Positions 36,318 to 49,249 of a stretch of DNA of 64,000 bases are shown piece after piece. Positions within the stretch are counted from its first letter, which is position 1, and every line of letters begins with the position of its first letter. Made by a program: the position numbers and the translations under genes. Where the stretch lies: the NCBI GenBank assembly GCA_050575255.1, contig JBNZDD010013621.1, positions 2,119,412-2,183,411 on the forward strand, in the 5' to 3' direction. The notes below the pieces were generated by a model. The model worked only from the letters and a program-made list of their open reading frames with translations. It was not told the DNA's origin and searched no databases. This DNA is from Harriotta raleighana (taxonomy: Eukaryota).

Positions 36318-36650
36318 GTCACACATGCTTTCATCACGTCCAGGATTGACTATGCTAACTCCCTGCTCACTGGACTTCTCAACTCTTCCCTCCACAAACT
36401 GAAAATTATTTTAACTCTGTAGCCTGTGTTCTCTCCCACATCAAGCTCTGTGAACCTATCATCCCAGGCTTCAACTGACTCCACCACCTCCCCGTCTCCA
36501 AGAGGATGATGTTAAAAATCCTTGTTCCCACTTTTACAGCCCTGCATGGTCAAGCCCTAACTCCAGTAAAACTGTACCATCCTTCCCACTCCCTCCCTTT
36601 GGTGGGCACTGGTCTGTTTCACAACTTTTACCCCAGGCACTCTACCATCC
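36318..36650 (+). mobile_element. L2 LINE ORF2 C-terminal fragment
   Basis: ETVTHAFITSRIDYANSLLTGL..SLHKLK. Confidence 0.85.
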
Positions 36651-36849
36651 TTCACCCTTTAGCCTTTCTGACAAATGACTTGCATTTATGTAGCGGCCCT
36701 CTCGCAGGATAGTGCCCTAGATCACTTGACAGTGGCAGAGCATGACGTCGACTAGGGAGAGGGGGAGGTTATCATAGGTATCCTCAGGCACAATCTGAAG
36801 ATGCAGAAGGAGGGAGCAAGCAGAGGGATAGAGGAAGAGTTTTCTCAAG

Positions 36850-37110
36850 TTTTGTGGTGTAGTGGATGAAAGTGCGGACATCAATTGTGGAACAGATGGT
36901 ACAATCGAGCTGGGGCAACAGGTGATCAGTTGTGGGGTAAGCAGGTCAAATAGGTAGGGAGGTGCCAGGGCATGAAGGGATTTGAAAACGAATGTGAGGA
37001 TATTGAAATTGATCCATTCATTAATAGGGTGTCAGTGGAGCTGGTGTGGAGATTAGTTCGGGTTAATATGCGGGCAGCAGAATTTGGGATCAGCTGGATC
37101 CTGTGCATGA
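36850..37110 (-). mobile_element. L2 LINE fragment
   Basis: IQLIPNSAARILTRT on the minus strand. Confidence 0.75.
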
Positions 37111-37273
37111 TGGTACATTCAGAAAAGACCTTCTGGAACTCCATCCCCAAATCTCTTCACCTCAACCATTTCAGCAAGCACCTCCCACTCCTACTCTACA
37201 CAATTTACTATGTCTCCTACTTTGTGTCTACTATACATTTTTATCGAAAAGTCTATTCCTTCACCCAAGTCAT

Positions 37274-37490
37274 CGAGTAAAACTTCGATAATCAACATTC
37301 CGAAAGCTGGTAATTCCCTAAAACCAACAAGATTTCAAAATACAATAGTATTAGATTGTTCCCAATGTTCAGCAAATCTCCTGGAATTCAGCTGCTTGCA
37401 GTTCCCGGTGTGGCCACGCTCTCATCAGGCGCTGTGGGTCGAATTCAAGGATTTTTTTCGCTTCAGTGCTATATTTACATTCATAGACAT
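37274..37490. mobile_element. Tigger-like DNA transposon left end (same family as 53462-53739)
   Basis: agtaaaacttcgataatc..caagatttcaaaa..gcagttcccgg..gcttcagtgct shared with the 53462 copy. Confidence 0.7.
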
Positions 37491-38014
37491 CTTACCCCCC
37501 ATGTTAATGACCTCCTCAAAAAAAGTAATTAAATCCGTCAGGCATAACCTGAGTCAATAGAAACGTTTGCATGCCCTTTTTCTGGGGAATCTGGTACAAA
37601 CGCCCTGCTCCGCTACAAACCTGTACACCTAATGTGTTTCGTCCTGGGCCTCTGTGTGCTGTTTGCTCGAAGCTGCTGCTGTGGGTGAAGCAGCTCCGTG
37701 CATGCATGGTGCGGGGAGTGCTGGGATTACAGAAGGCTCGGAAGCACGAAATGGCCTAAACTGATCTCCTATGACAAATTCTTGATAAGTGCTACACTAT
37801 CCAAATTAAAATTTATAGTATTTTAAACATAACTACATGTTCAGGAAGTATATACCTATAGTTTTAAACCGGATTTTTTATGAAATGTGTCTCTCAATAG
37901 CACCAATCCGCAATTTCCCACAAAATGTATCATATTTCTCTGCAATTTTCCGCAACATTTGTCAACTAGCCAGTAATTTTTGGCAACTATTTCCACAATT
38001 ATTTCCATTGACCC

Positions 38015-38760
38015 AGGACATGACCTATCCTTCATAAATGTAGGCTGACTCTGTTTAATTAACTCATACTTGATTAAATGCTCAGTCACTCTGTCCCTAA
38101 TGAATGATTCTATAATAACAACAAAATTACATTTATAAAGCACCTTTCATGTTGGGAGGACGTCCCAAGGCGCTGGAAATTCTAGTAGCTTTCCCACAAT
38201 GGAAGTTAAGCTGACAGGTTTTCAGCTACCTGGATTCTCCCTCCCTCCTTAAATGGCACGACATTTCCAATTTTCCAATCCAAGGGCACAATTCCTGAAT
38301 ATAGAGAGTTTTGGAAAGTTATGACTTCAATTTCCTCCCCTACTTCTTTTAGTACCCTGGCGTGGAATCCATCAGGTACTGAATATTTGTCAATCTTTAG
38401 TTCCATTATTTTCCCCATTACTTTTTAAAATTTATCTTTGGCTATTTTTAGGTTCCCTTTTACCATTGGTATTTTGTCCTCTTCCTTGGCTCTGAAAAGA
38501 GAAACAAAGCATTCATTCAACCAGCCTTTCAATTTCCTTATTGTCCATTATAATCTCACCTATATCTATCTTTAATGGGCCCACGTTCCCCTTTACAAAT
38601 CTCTTTCGCTTAATATATTTATAAACACTTTTACTGTTGTGCTTGATATCTCTTGCAAGTTATTTCTCATATTCCCTTTTCACCTCTTATTACTGCACTT
38701 TCTTTGTACTGTACCTCTGTTGTTTTTTTATAGCTCTTCCAATCTGCTGGATTTCCACTT
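38015..38760 (-). mobile_element. CR1 LINE ORF2 internal fragment (pre-RT / RT N-terminus)
   Basis: LKIDKYSVPDGFHARVLKEV..FQNSL..GIVPLDWK; ESFIRDRVTEHL..KQSQ..KDRSC. Confidence 0.9.
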
Positions 38761-38787
38761 TTTCTTGTGTTAGTGTAAGCACTTTCT

Positions 38788-39140
38788 TTGCACTGAACAG
38801 TCAGATCGGAATCCAAGCGGGCGTGGGGTGCGGGGGTTGGTCGGGATAGAGGGAAGGAGAGGGGGAAGAGTTAGTGGGGGAGCCGAAGGCGCGGTCAAAG
38901 AGGAAGGTCTTGAGACCGGCCTTGAAGGAGGAAAGGAAGCAAGGCAGAGGGGCTGCGGGATGGAGTTCCACAGTGTGGGAGCAGAGAGGCTGAAAGTCCG
39001 GCTGCCGATGGTTGGGCGGTTAGGGTAGTGGACGAAGAACAGGCCTGAGTCAGTTGAACGGAGGGGTGGACAGCCTGATAGGGAGACAGCAGGTCAGAGA
39101 GATCACTGGGGGCAAGGAAGTGAATGGCCTTGAAGGTGAT
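38788..39140 (-). mobile_element. L2 LINE 3' fragment
   Basis: Reverse of SAPTLWNS..SFKAGLKTFLFDRAF. Confidence 0.88.
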
Positions 39141-39914
39141 TTACAGGATTTTCTGAGAATCGTTTTGAGATATCTAGAAGATGTAAAAGAACACTATATC
39201 AAATACAAGAATTATTATTTAGATATTATAATAGTCCTTGCATTTGATATAGTGAATTTTATGTCTGGAGTTTCTTTGGATGATTTTTACAGGATTTATT
39301 GCAAAGTTTAGGAACTGTGTTTGTAGATGAACACAACCAAATTACACACATCACTGCACTTGCTTAGCCATGAAGTAAATAACAGGTCTTCAGTGTAATA
39401 TCTCATTTGAACGATGATATCTTTTACAATGCAATATTCCCCCAGCATTGCACTGGGGGGTATTTATAGTTTTATATCATGTCATAAAATATTCCAGGTG
39501 CTATATATTTTAGCCACCTTCGTTTAAAACTCCTTTGAAATTTCTTAAAATAGATTAGTGTGAGAAGAAAGTACTGTACTTTAAATTCCTAATCTTATGA
39601 CAGATTTTCAATGTAATTAATAGCTTGCTTTTTCTGTCTCCTTTTATATGAAGAAACCATTTGGTCAGTGTGTATTTTGAACAGCAGCTGGAATCCAAGA
39701 GAAATAGCATAATTGCATAAACTTTACAGCAATGTTATTTTTTTTCAACGACAATAACAACTTGTATTTATATAATGCCCCACACCTAGGGTAGGTTTCC
39801 AGAGCACTTGTGTTCAGGATTAAATGTTTTGAGGAGAGGATATGTTTTCATCGAGTATGAAGATTGAAGGAGATATAATTGAGGTGCTTAAATGGCTAAG
39901 AGGTGTATTTTTAT

Positions 39915-40050
39915 TTTTGGCCAACTGAGTGACTGACACCCATGAATATCCATTACTGTGCTTAAGAGCATCCAAACTCCTGAGTGTTTTACATATGCAT
40001 GAACATTTCTAATAGTTTGGAATGGAATGCACACTCTCTCCTTGGAGATA
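39915..40050 (-). repeat. Unclassified interspersed repeat (family X) copy
   Basis: cttaagagcatccaaac..ggaatggaatgcacactctctccttgg. Confidence 0.65.
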
Positions 40051-40189
40051 TAGATGATGTAAATAATATATGACTCTTTGTGTAGAACCAAAGGAATCAA
40101 CATACTGTACTTAACGTCAGAATAGTTTAAAACATCATTTATTCAACAGGTAGTGAATAAAAGGATGAGTCACAAAGAGTTCAGACGAT

Positions 40190-40500
40190 CACAGGAAGTT
40201 CAGATGTAGAAAGCCCTTTGGCCTATTTCACTCATCCTTCCAGAATACCTACCCTATCACCTTTCAATTACAGCATCAGGCTGTTCCTCCGATGAGTCCA
40301 GCATCCTGGGCTCAACCACATTTCCTGATAACTAATTTCAGTCATAACGGCCATCTGGATAAATCATTATTTTCCTGGAGTCTGTCCTAAAATTGCCATT
40401 CCCAAGTCTTAACTTGTGTCCTTTTGCCTTGCTGCCCTGGCATTCCTGAAAATACTATTTTAGATTTACTTTATCAGCCTCATTCAGCATCTTGCATATC
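40190..40500 (-). mobile_element. Ancient CR1-type LINE 3' fragment
   Basis: gttcagatg..ctcatccttccagaatacctaccct, cttgtgtcct (reverse RGH). Confidence 0.65.
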
Positions 40501-40884
40501 TACGTAAATTGATACTACATTGATTAATTCCTGTAGGATTAATTGGATCCTGTGGGGAACAGTATTGTAGCTGACAATATTTGGGATCTAATAGCTTTCT
40601 TGGTTTTGAATTACAGGCAGAGAAGATTAGTTAAGCAAGCCTTTTCTATTTTATGATTTGATTTTTTACCCTTTTGTCTTCAGAACTGACTGTTTTCAAT
40701 TGGCTCTCAAAATGGCTACCATAAAGAGTTATTTTCAAGACCAACAAAGCAATTTGACTCGGTAACACTTCAATCTCAGTGACAGTTTCCATTCTTATAT
40801 GTATTGGTTGAGACAAAAGGGAATGTAGGATTACAAGATTAAAATTAACCAATCACATTCCTTGCAGTATTAAAAGTGTACAGT

Positions 40885-41040
40885 ATTAGTGTAGGGACAC
40901 TGAGGTTGACTCTAATTCTATTACTACAGTAATAATCTAATAGTTTAGCTCTTTCTACTGACTCAATACAGACCAGGGATCGAACCTGATCAATTTGACT
41001 CAGAACTGTGTAATTATATTTTCTTATTGACTAAAGAGGA
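40885..41040 (-). mobile_element. Ancient tRNA-SINE head (AmnSINE2-like, tentative)
   Basis: Reverse reads caggttcgatccctggtctgtattgagt..cctcagtgtccc. Confidence 0.5.
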
Positions 41041-42407
41041 AGTTCAAAGATGGAGATTCGATGCAATGTACATTTATACAATGGCTATCATGTTGGGAGG
41101 AATTTACAAAATTCTTAACAGTAAAGCATAGACACACAGGCTGAGACTGAGGGCCGAGAGGGTGGATATGGGAGAAAGGGCCAAAAATATGGAATTAGTG
41201 TATAGCAGTGTGCAAAAATCCAGTTTGCTGAATATTGATTGCTTTCCCAAATATTTCCAGCTGTTGCCGGGAAGGCATTGATTGCAGGTTTCAATGCCCC
41301 TGTGTTATGCTATGCCAATGATACTGGACTCCCTGTATACAAATCATGGCTACCAGTTTGTGGGAATATCAACGTTTTATTAATCGTAAACCTCATGTAT
41401 AGAGATTTGAAACAAAAAGCGAGTGGTGCATTTTCTCCGCAAATGGCTCCCAAAGAGCAGTTGAGCTTTAGTTAATAATTGCAAAACCCCTCAAAGGAGA
41501 TTTTCAATGGAGGCAACAACAATCACCCATTGCCCTCCCAATATTCTACCACAGTTTTATTTCCATGCTCTTTATCGCCGTGCTCATAACCCTGTCTGAA
41601 GTCTTAACTTATCTGAATTCTTCACTCAGAAACAATTATTTATCAGATAATGTATTTTGTTTGTTTAAGCTAAATTAACATCTATGAATCCAAAAACGTA
41701 CATGGCAATTTCCTGCAACAGAAAATGTAACACAAACACAAATCAATGCAAGCAAGGTATTCATCTCTGCCTCTATTGCATGACAGAGACCAAGAGGTTT
41801 GAATATTATTAACTCACATTCAACACAGAACTGGAGCCTCAGTGAAAAGATTACTCAAGTGTCTGCTTAAACAACTCGCATTTATATAGTCTCTTCACAT
41901 TGGATAATGCCCTAGAGCACTGAATCCACAATTGTGTATCACAATTGATAATTGTTTAATGATATTAGCATAAGCAATGATCTGGGAAAGTACAATAAAA
42001 AGCATTTATACTTCACTGCATGGTTTTCACGGAGAATGAAAGGATAATTTGGATTCAACATCTGGGTGATGTCCATGCCAGCTGTAAACCATTGCCTAGC
42101 TCTCTCTTGTACTTTTAAGTTTCTGACTAAATGACTTATGAATTGCACATAGGAAACTGCTGGCTTCAAATTTTCTCAGACAGAATTGGTGGGTGTTGAG
42201 ATTATGAAAGCCTGAGAAAATACAGGGTATTCTTCTTTTAATGGCAAAGTTCTGTTTCCATAATACAAAATTTATGATAATGTTTTGGGTAAAAAAAAGT
42301 AAATGAACTAGTACTTTATTTTACAATAACTGTTTTTTTTGCAGTTTCAATTTCCAACAATTTGTTATCCTAACTGAGAAGGTCACTAAAATGGCCAGCT
42401 GCCACAA

Positions 42408-42770
42408 GATATTAATGTGATAGAAGAGATGCAGAGGCGATTTACTAGGGATGATACAGGGATGAATGGTCTGGTCTATGAGCGGAGACTGGAGGAATTA
42501 GGACTTCTTCATTTGAGGAAAGAAGGTTGATGGGTAACCTGATAAATGTCTTTAAAATTATAAGGGGTTTTGATAGAGTCAATCAGGATAAATTATTTCC
42601 ATTGATTGGTGAATAAATGACTTGAGGGAATAAAAATTTAAGAGAGTAAATAAGCAAATAGGTAAGTGGGACTGAAATAGCCAAAGATTACTCTTGAAGG
42701 AGCTGGCACAGACACTATGGGACAAAAGACCTTATTTTATTCAGTAAATTTCTATGATTCTATGTTTCTA
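42408..42770 (+). mobile_element. CR1 LINE 3' end
   Basis: IEEMQRRFTR, YERRLEELGL, GNLINVFKIIRGFD; (ttctatg)2 tail. Confidence 0.9.
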
Positions 42771-43371
42771 AGGCCTCTTGCATTCAAGCTTTCCCATGAA
42801 TTATGGGAATGTACTGCAATTTCACTGCTCATTTATAAAGCATCTTGATGCAGTGGTGAGATGGTAGAATGGGTGTTCTGCAGGGATGAGATGAGATGGG
42901 CCAAGGCTAATTATGTGATCATTTGAGATCTTGTGACCAACACAACTTAGATCTTCCACTAACAACACACCTATCTGTTTGTCATACAGTAGTCCACTTC
43001 ATTATTGCTCACAAATCTTTTCCTATTCAGTTTAATTTCTGTGCTTTTGAAATGTTGGTTCATTATATTAAACATCCTTCTAGTTTTCTAATATTCAAAT
43101 TGTTAATTTGGACTTCAACATCTCTGGGGACTTACATTTCTTACTTACTAGCAATGTCTAGAATCAGCTGTTTTTATATGGATATTTAAGACATGTGGAA
43201 ATACATTACATACGCTTCTGTTTAGTGCCAGATGTGAAGTTTGTAATAATAGTGCATTTTCTTTCAGGACTTGATTATTCTTCATTAAATTGCTTCCATG
43301 GTATACTTTTGATATCAAGTTGCTTCCAAAGCAAGTCTGTATTTAAATTTGAAATATGTCAAATATTTAGG

Positions 43372-43778
43372 TGTAGCAACCTAGCTCAGTGGATAGCACT
43401 CTTGCCTCCGAGTCAGTAGATTGTGGGTTCAAGCCACATGTCGGCACTTGGAACTCATATTGCCTAAATTGACACTTGAATGCAGTACTGCAAGTGTGCT
43501 GCATTGTTGGAGAAGCTCTCCATTGTATGAGATGTAAAACTGAGATCTTGTCTGCCTGTTCAGGTTAAAGATCTTAAAGAGAAGGGAGTTTCTCCTCTTA
43601 GTCAACGATTCCCCAAATACAAAAATTAGTTATTCATTTCATGGTTGTTAATGGCACAAAGCTACTGCATTCACCCACAAAACACACGGTCGCAGATTTT
43701 GCCGTGAATCCTATGAAGTGCTTTGAAACAGCCTCCCAATGTGAAAGACCCTACATCAAATGTAAGGATTGTTATTAA
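43372..43778 (+). mobile_element. Older full-length DeuSINE (SacSINE1-like)
   Basis: tagctcagtggatagcactcttgcctccgagtcag..gggttcaagcc head, tgcagtactg, gggagtttctcc. Confidence 0.85.
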
Positions 43779-44284
43779 TGATTAGATATATATCTAGAAT
43801 TGTGATGGGGCGCATCCATCACTTTGATCTTTATTTTGTCTTTCAGATGTGTGTTTTGCATATTAAATCTAACCCTAGTAATGCTAATGTATTGCAACAA
43901 GAACGTTCTAATTGTGATTTTAGATCACAAATTTAGATCAGATTTCAGCAAAATCTGTTAAATCAAGAAGTGTTGAGATCTACAATGAACACGAAACCTG
44001 GTGGTTTGTCAATGGGAAATAATATTTCCTATATTTTGGCAGTCCATAAGTGTTCTAGTATGAGATTGCCTTGCTTTCCATAGTTTCATCCATCTTCTGT
44101 TTACAATGCAGTATATTTTCCAGTTTTCTCACTCATGACTGTTTTTGACAGTTTTCCAAATTTCTTTGTTGAGATTCCTTGCTAAGCTCTATCCAGACCA
44201 TAAACGTTCTAACTTCTAATATCCAATCCCTCTCTAATCAAGCCTAACCCAAAACCCCTCTAGGCATCTGAATCAATTCCAGTG

Positions 44285-44500
44285 AATTGTTCATGAAGAT
44301 CCCAGTTACAATCTCTGTTGTGTTAAAAGTTAGCTGATCTCAGTTTGGCCAGCAATAAGGGTGTTGCAGTTGACCTCAGCCAACTTGTCAGCGTTCCTGG
44401 GTTCAGGATAGGGAAATCAGCCAGTTAATAGCCAGATAGCTAACCAGTGACCCCTGCTGGAAGTTAATGCATGTGAATGTTGGGAGAGGTTAGAATTGGA
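44285..44500 (+). mobile_element. Ancient tRNA-SINE (AmnSINE2-like, tentative)
   Basis: agttagctgatctcag..gggaaatcagccag..ccagtgacccctgctgg. Confidence 0.6.
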
Positions 44501-44802
44501 CTCATGAAGTTGAACAGGTTGCCAATATTCATTGTCAAAACTGAGACATATGGGACAGTTACATGAAAGAGTTTTGAGAGGGTGACTGGTTCCCATGGAA
44601 TAGTACCAAGTAGTAATAATAAATAATCTTTATATTTGATACAGCACCTTTTATGTTGTGCCACATATCTATTATTTCATTGCTTGTGTTCCATGATAAA
44701 ATAAAAGTATCAGTGTCTGTAAGTCAGATTATGGGACAAAGATGGCTGTGAAATCGCTGGGAATGGATTGATTTTCAGATATCTCATTAGTTTCAGATAT
44801 CC

Positions 44803-45265
44803 ACCTCACACCCTCCCTTGCCCAGCTCCACTGGCTCCTCATCCCTCAGAGGATCAAGTTCAAAATTCTCTTCAAGGCTCTCCATGGCCTTTCCCCCTCC
44901 TACCTCTCTGACCAGCTAACCCCTATCAACCTAACTGCTCCCTCCACTCAGCAGACTCCAGTCTGTTCCATGTCCCTCACCCAGCCCACCCTACCAGGAA
45001 CGATCGGGCCTTCAGCCTTTCTGCCCCCACCCTTTGGAACTATTTCCCACATTCCTTTTGCCTTGCTCCATCCCTTGCCTTCGAGGGCCCGCCTCAAGGC
45101 CCTGCTTTTCGACCATCCATTCCGCCACAAATCCTATCCTCTCTGTCCTCCATCCTCTCTGATCCTAACCCCTACGCACACTCTGGTCCTAATCACTGTT
45201 TAATGCCTTAGGACATCCTCCCGATGTGAAAGGCATTTTACAAATGTAATTGTATATTGTAGTTA
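44803..45265 (+). mobile_element. L2 LINE 3' end (type A)
   Basis: LAQLHWLLIPQRIKFKIL; tail. Confidence 0.88.
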
Positions 45266-46714
45266 TCATTTGTGTCTCACTGTTTCTTGACTTCCTTGAG
45301 CCACACATTACGGTATTCTGTGACCAATAAAGCCAATGATTTTTTTTCCAGACATGTGTCAGTGTCACTCTGTCACTGATTGCAAGTACAGTAGTATCAA
45401 CTGGCTTGCCCTTTGCATTCTTTATCCTCCTTTGGGAAAGTAGTAGGCTTTCAGTGAGACAGAGATTGAACTGTTCATTTCAGTGCGGCCAAAAGTGAAG
45501 ATCAATGCAAAGAAATCCAGAAAGTTTATAAATGACACTAAAACTAAAAAAAAGTCAAACTAACGTTTAAATTAAATAAAGCTACATTTAAAAATTGGAT
45601 TTGACTTTCATTTTGCTTCTATGTTAAATTGATGGAATTGGTATGACCATGATAAGTTGCAAACCTCCAAATAAGCTTCACTGAAAATTTTGTGCTGCAT
45701 TGTGCACAACGGGATTGCTGTATAATGTTGTTAAAATTGAAAGCAGTTTTTAAGTTTAAACTAAACCTCTTGCACTGATTTTATATGTTTTAAAATGGTA
45801 AACTGCACGATGCTTTCACAAATTATTGCATTTCCACCATTAAAGAAAGAAAATATATTAGCTGCATTGTCCTTTCCTTTGTGCAGCCTTTAACTTCTCA
45901 GTATGCAGTTATAATGGCACTTGTAAAACCCAGCACTAGAGTGATATGTGTTTCTAAACGCTTTGCTGTGCTTGTTAATAACCTGATCTGCAACCATGAT
46001 TGTTTAAGTAAAATGATCTGCATTCCCTGCTAATCTAGGAGTGACTGTGTGTCTAATTCCTTATACCCAATTCATGATTGTTTTAAAATGAATACTTGCT
46101 GTGTGAGGACTCTTGCGCTTAAAACTCCATGCAGCAGTGTAACCCTGTACTAATATTCAGTGCCACTTGGCCGTCTTGAGGTAAAGGTATTCAATGCAAC
46201 TTCCTGAAGCTCACAGGCTGTGGAAATGGGACCTGTTGGCAATGTGCTGAGAGAGAGAGGACACTTTGAAGTATTTCCTTTGATCATGTCCCAAAGTAAT
46301 TACTGTGAAGAATGGCTTGACTTTCTCTATAACACCATAGAAATGCAACTTCCCTTTTCTCCTTCAATAATCAGTGGGCCAGTTCAGATCAATTCACCTC
46401 TTCTTGATGATTGTTCACAACTGATGACAGGGACTGGAAAAATAAACAGTATATATTTATGAATTAGCAACATCTGAAATCTCTATCATCAGACTAAGTA
46501 ATACTCTGGCACACATCACCAAGATCTGAGATGGTATATGAAATAACACCCACTAATATGTGACCTATAATACCATGGCAGCTGGATCCTACTCATAAAC
46601 TATTCCAGACTGTTATCCCTGGATTGAAGCATCCATTTCTATCACACCAATGTAGAGATAGAGTAATGGAAACTATCTATGATTTATGCAACATAAATCA
46701 ATAATTATCAAATA

Positions 46715-47075
46715 ATAACCAATTAACTTTGATATAGCACCTTATCATGTCATTCAAAAATTTTAAAGTGCTTCACATGATTTATTGCAGAGTCCAGTGA
46801 ATGCATATTTGTAAGTACTGTATATCTGACAGCCAACTTGCACACAACAATATCCCACAAACAGCCATGAAATAAATGATATTTTTTTTTGCTCTTTGTT
46901 GGATTGTTCTCCCAGGATACTCAGAGAAACTGCCTACTTTTTTTGAATAGTTGATATCTTTAACGTCACCTGAACAGCACCTCAGATTAAAGTCTCATCA
47001 AAAGGATGACACCTTCGACAATGCAGCACTCCCCCAGCATCAATCAAAGTCCTAATTTAGGTCTCAAAGTCCTGA
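46715..47075 (-). mobile_element. Older DeuSINE fragment
   Basis: Reverse core and ccttcgacaatgcagcactccc. Confidence 0.7.
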
Positions 47076-48245
47076 TGTGACACATAATGCAAGATGATCT
47101 CATAAATAATACTAAATAAGAATCCTCGCATTTGACATATGGCCTATTATCATAAAAATATTAATAATATAATCCTTGCAACTGATATAACCCTTTATCA
47201 CATAGTTGAGATGTCTCAAAGCACTTCACAGAGTTTATTATATTTTATGGGTGAAACAGCCTAGGCAATTTGCACCCATGACCTAAAGTTCTCTACGGGT
47301 AGTTAGTGTCAAGTGTAGTGACTGTGTATTTCTGGTTAAATGTAGCAGCCAACTTGCATACAGCAGCAAGTGCCAGTCAGCCACAGAGTGAACAAACAAT
47401 TAATCTGGAGAATTGTTAGTCAATTCATCTGGAAGGTAAAGTTCCTTCAACTGAAAGATTATTGCTCATTTGGAGAAAACCCAATAATACTGCACACAAC
47501 TTGTAAGTGTTTGTTGTATGTGTTTGAGTGTGTGGGGAGGGGGATGCATAATGCAACATTGTCATTCATGATATATCGAGCCATCCCACTTAAGAAAATA
47601 ATATATTTTATGGTAGTCTGCAATGGAGCAGATTATGCAATCCAATTATAGTTTCTTATTTTTGCACATTGCTTTGGGTATGCAACCATGTGTATACATA
47701 TTGTGTTTATCTTTCATACTGGTTTGGTCTTAATATTGTAATTGTTCTCTTAGTTGGAACTGTTTCTGAAACAGGAGTTGGAGGACTTTGAGGCTGAGAG
47801 ATCAATTACATACTCACCAGGTGCACCTTCTCAGTCCACTGATTTTAAACCATTTACCATATTAGCAGGATGGATCAAATTCTGCCTGTAATAAAATATA
47901 TCTTGAATTGATATACAATGGTACTTAGGCATTTAAAAAAAATTAGATTTCTAGGAATTCAACATTAAAAAGTTAATACTGCACCACAACACCACAATAC
48001 AATTTATATATTTAGATATGTAGGTTATGCTGTCACTAATGCTTGTCCCATCTTAAATATTGATCTGTTCTGCATTGCCAAGGTCATTCAGGTGAGTTTA
48101 TTTACTGTAACATAGTTTGAACCAAGTTAAAATCTATGCATGTGGTAAGTGAGTGAGGTGAGAAATAACTTTACATGAAAATAGTCGTCTCATTCTTTTT
48201 TGAGCATAGCTGCAGTCACCTTTCCTCTCTCTCCACTCTACATGT

Positions 48246-48625
48246 GGAGGCATGTAGTTCAGCAGTTAAAGTGCTCATCTTGCAAGCAAGAGGCCTGTGT
48301 TAGATTCCCGTCAGGGTGAAATGTTAAGCAGATTTCTTTACTCTATACGCCCCTGTTTACCTAAGTAGGAACCTGGCTGAGGGTTGATTGGCGGATCGCT
48401 ATTCCAGGATCATAATTCCTTCAAAATAAATAATAATAAATTGGTCATTTCAATCGACGACTGTTGTGGGACTCTGCTGGGTGCAATTGGCCGCCACGTT
48501 TCACCTACATATATAAAGTCAATTCACTTCACAGTATATTCTGACCAATTTTTTCCATGAAGTGCTTTGAAACATCCAGAAGACATGAAAAGCGTTCTAT
48601 CAAATGCAAGGATTATTATTATTAA
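48246..48625 (+). mobile_element. Deu-domain SINE, long subfamily
   Basis: Degenerate head, tgtttacctaagtaggaacc, core, tail. Confidence 0.85.
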
Positions 48626-48640
48626 CATATTCCAGAGCTT

Positions 48641-49095
48641 TCAATCAATCAATCAATCAAAATTTTATTTATATAGCGCCTTTCACATCGGGAGGACGTC
48701 CCAAAGCGCTGTACAGCCAAGTAGGGGGGGAGGGCTCAGGAAAAGGAGTAGGAAAAATTGACTGCATATTTGTGGGCGAAACGCGGCAGCCAAATTGCGC
48801 ACAGCAGTGTCCCACAAACACCCACAGAAATGGGGGAAAAAATGGCAAGGGGGAGAAATGGAGGGAAAAGCGGGGTGGGGTAAAATCAGAGAAGAAAGGG
48901 GGGGGAGAAAGGGGGACAAGGGGGAAATCAGGGAGGGCAAAGAGGGAGAAATGTTGGTGAGGGGGAAGAGGGAGGGAAGAGTGGGTAGGAGGCAAAACCA
49001 GGGAGAAAGGGGGGTTAAGGGGGAAGAGGGAGGAAAGGGAGAGAGGGAAGGAGAAGAATAAAAAGGGGGAAAAATCAGGGGGCAGGGGGAGTTTA
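48641..49095 (-). mobile_element. Chimeric Deu-core + L2 type-A tail element (copy 2) with long polypyrimidine leader
   Basis: Minus strand: tttgtgggacactgctgtgcgcaatttggctgccgcg..cagtcaatttttccta..cgctttgggacgtcctcccgatgtgaaaggcgctata..(TTGA)n. Confidence 0.78.
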
Positions 49096-49096
49096 A

Positions 49097-49197
49097 ACAA
49101 CAACAAACAACATCAACAATAATAAACAAAAAAGTAAATAACAATCAACAATAATAAACAAACACAACAACAATAGAAAACACAACAACAACAATTA
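49097..49197. repeat. Degenerate (CAA)n/A-rich simple repeat
   Basis: Direct inspection. Confidence 0.85.
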
Positions 49198-49249
49198 ATA
49201 ACTGTCCAGCCACCGCTCCCTGTCTTTGCCGCCCGCTTTGGTAAGGAAG

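Noticed and set aside
47754-47891. + strand exon LELFLKQELEDFEAER after ctcttag
   Set aside because: No convincing donor, no recognisable homology, ends in a stop.
48604-49144. Overlapping 88-153 aa ORFs on both strands
   Set aside because: Artefact of a stop-poor polypurine tract.
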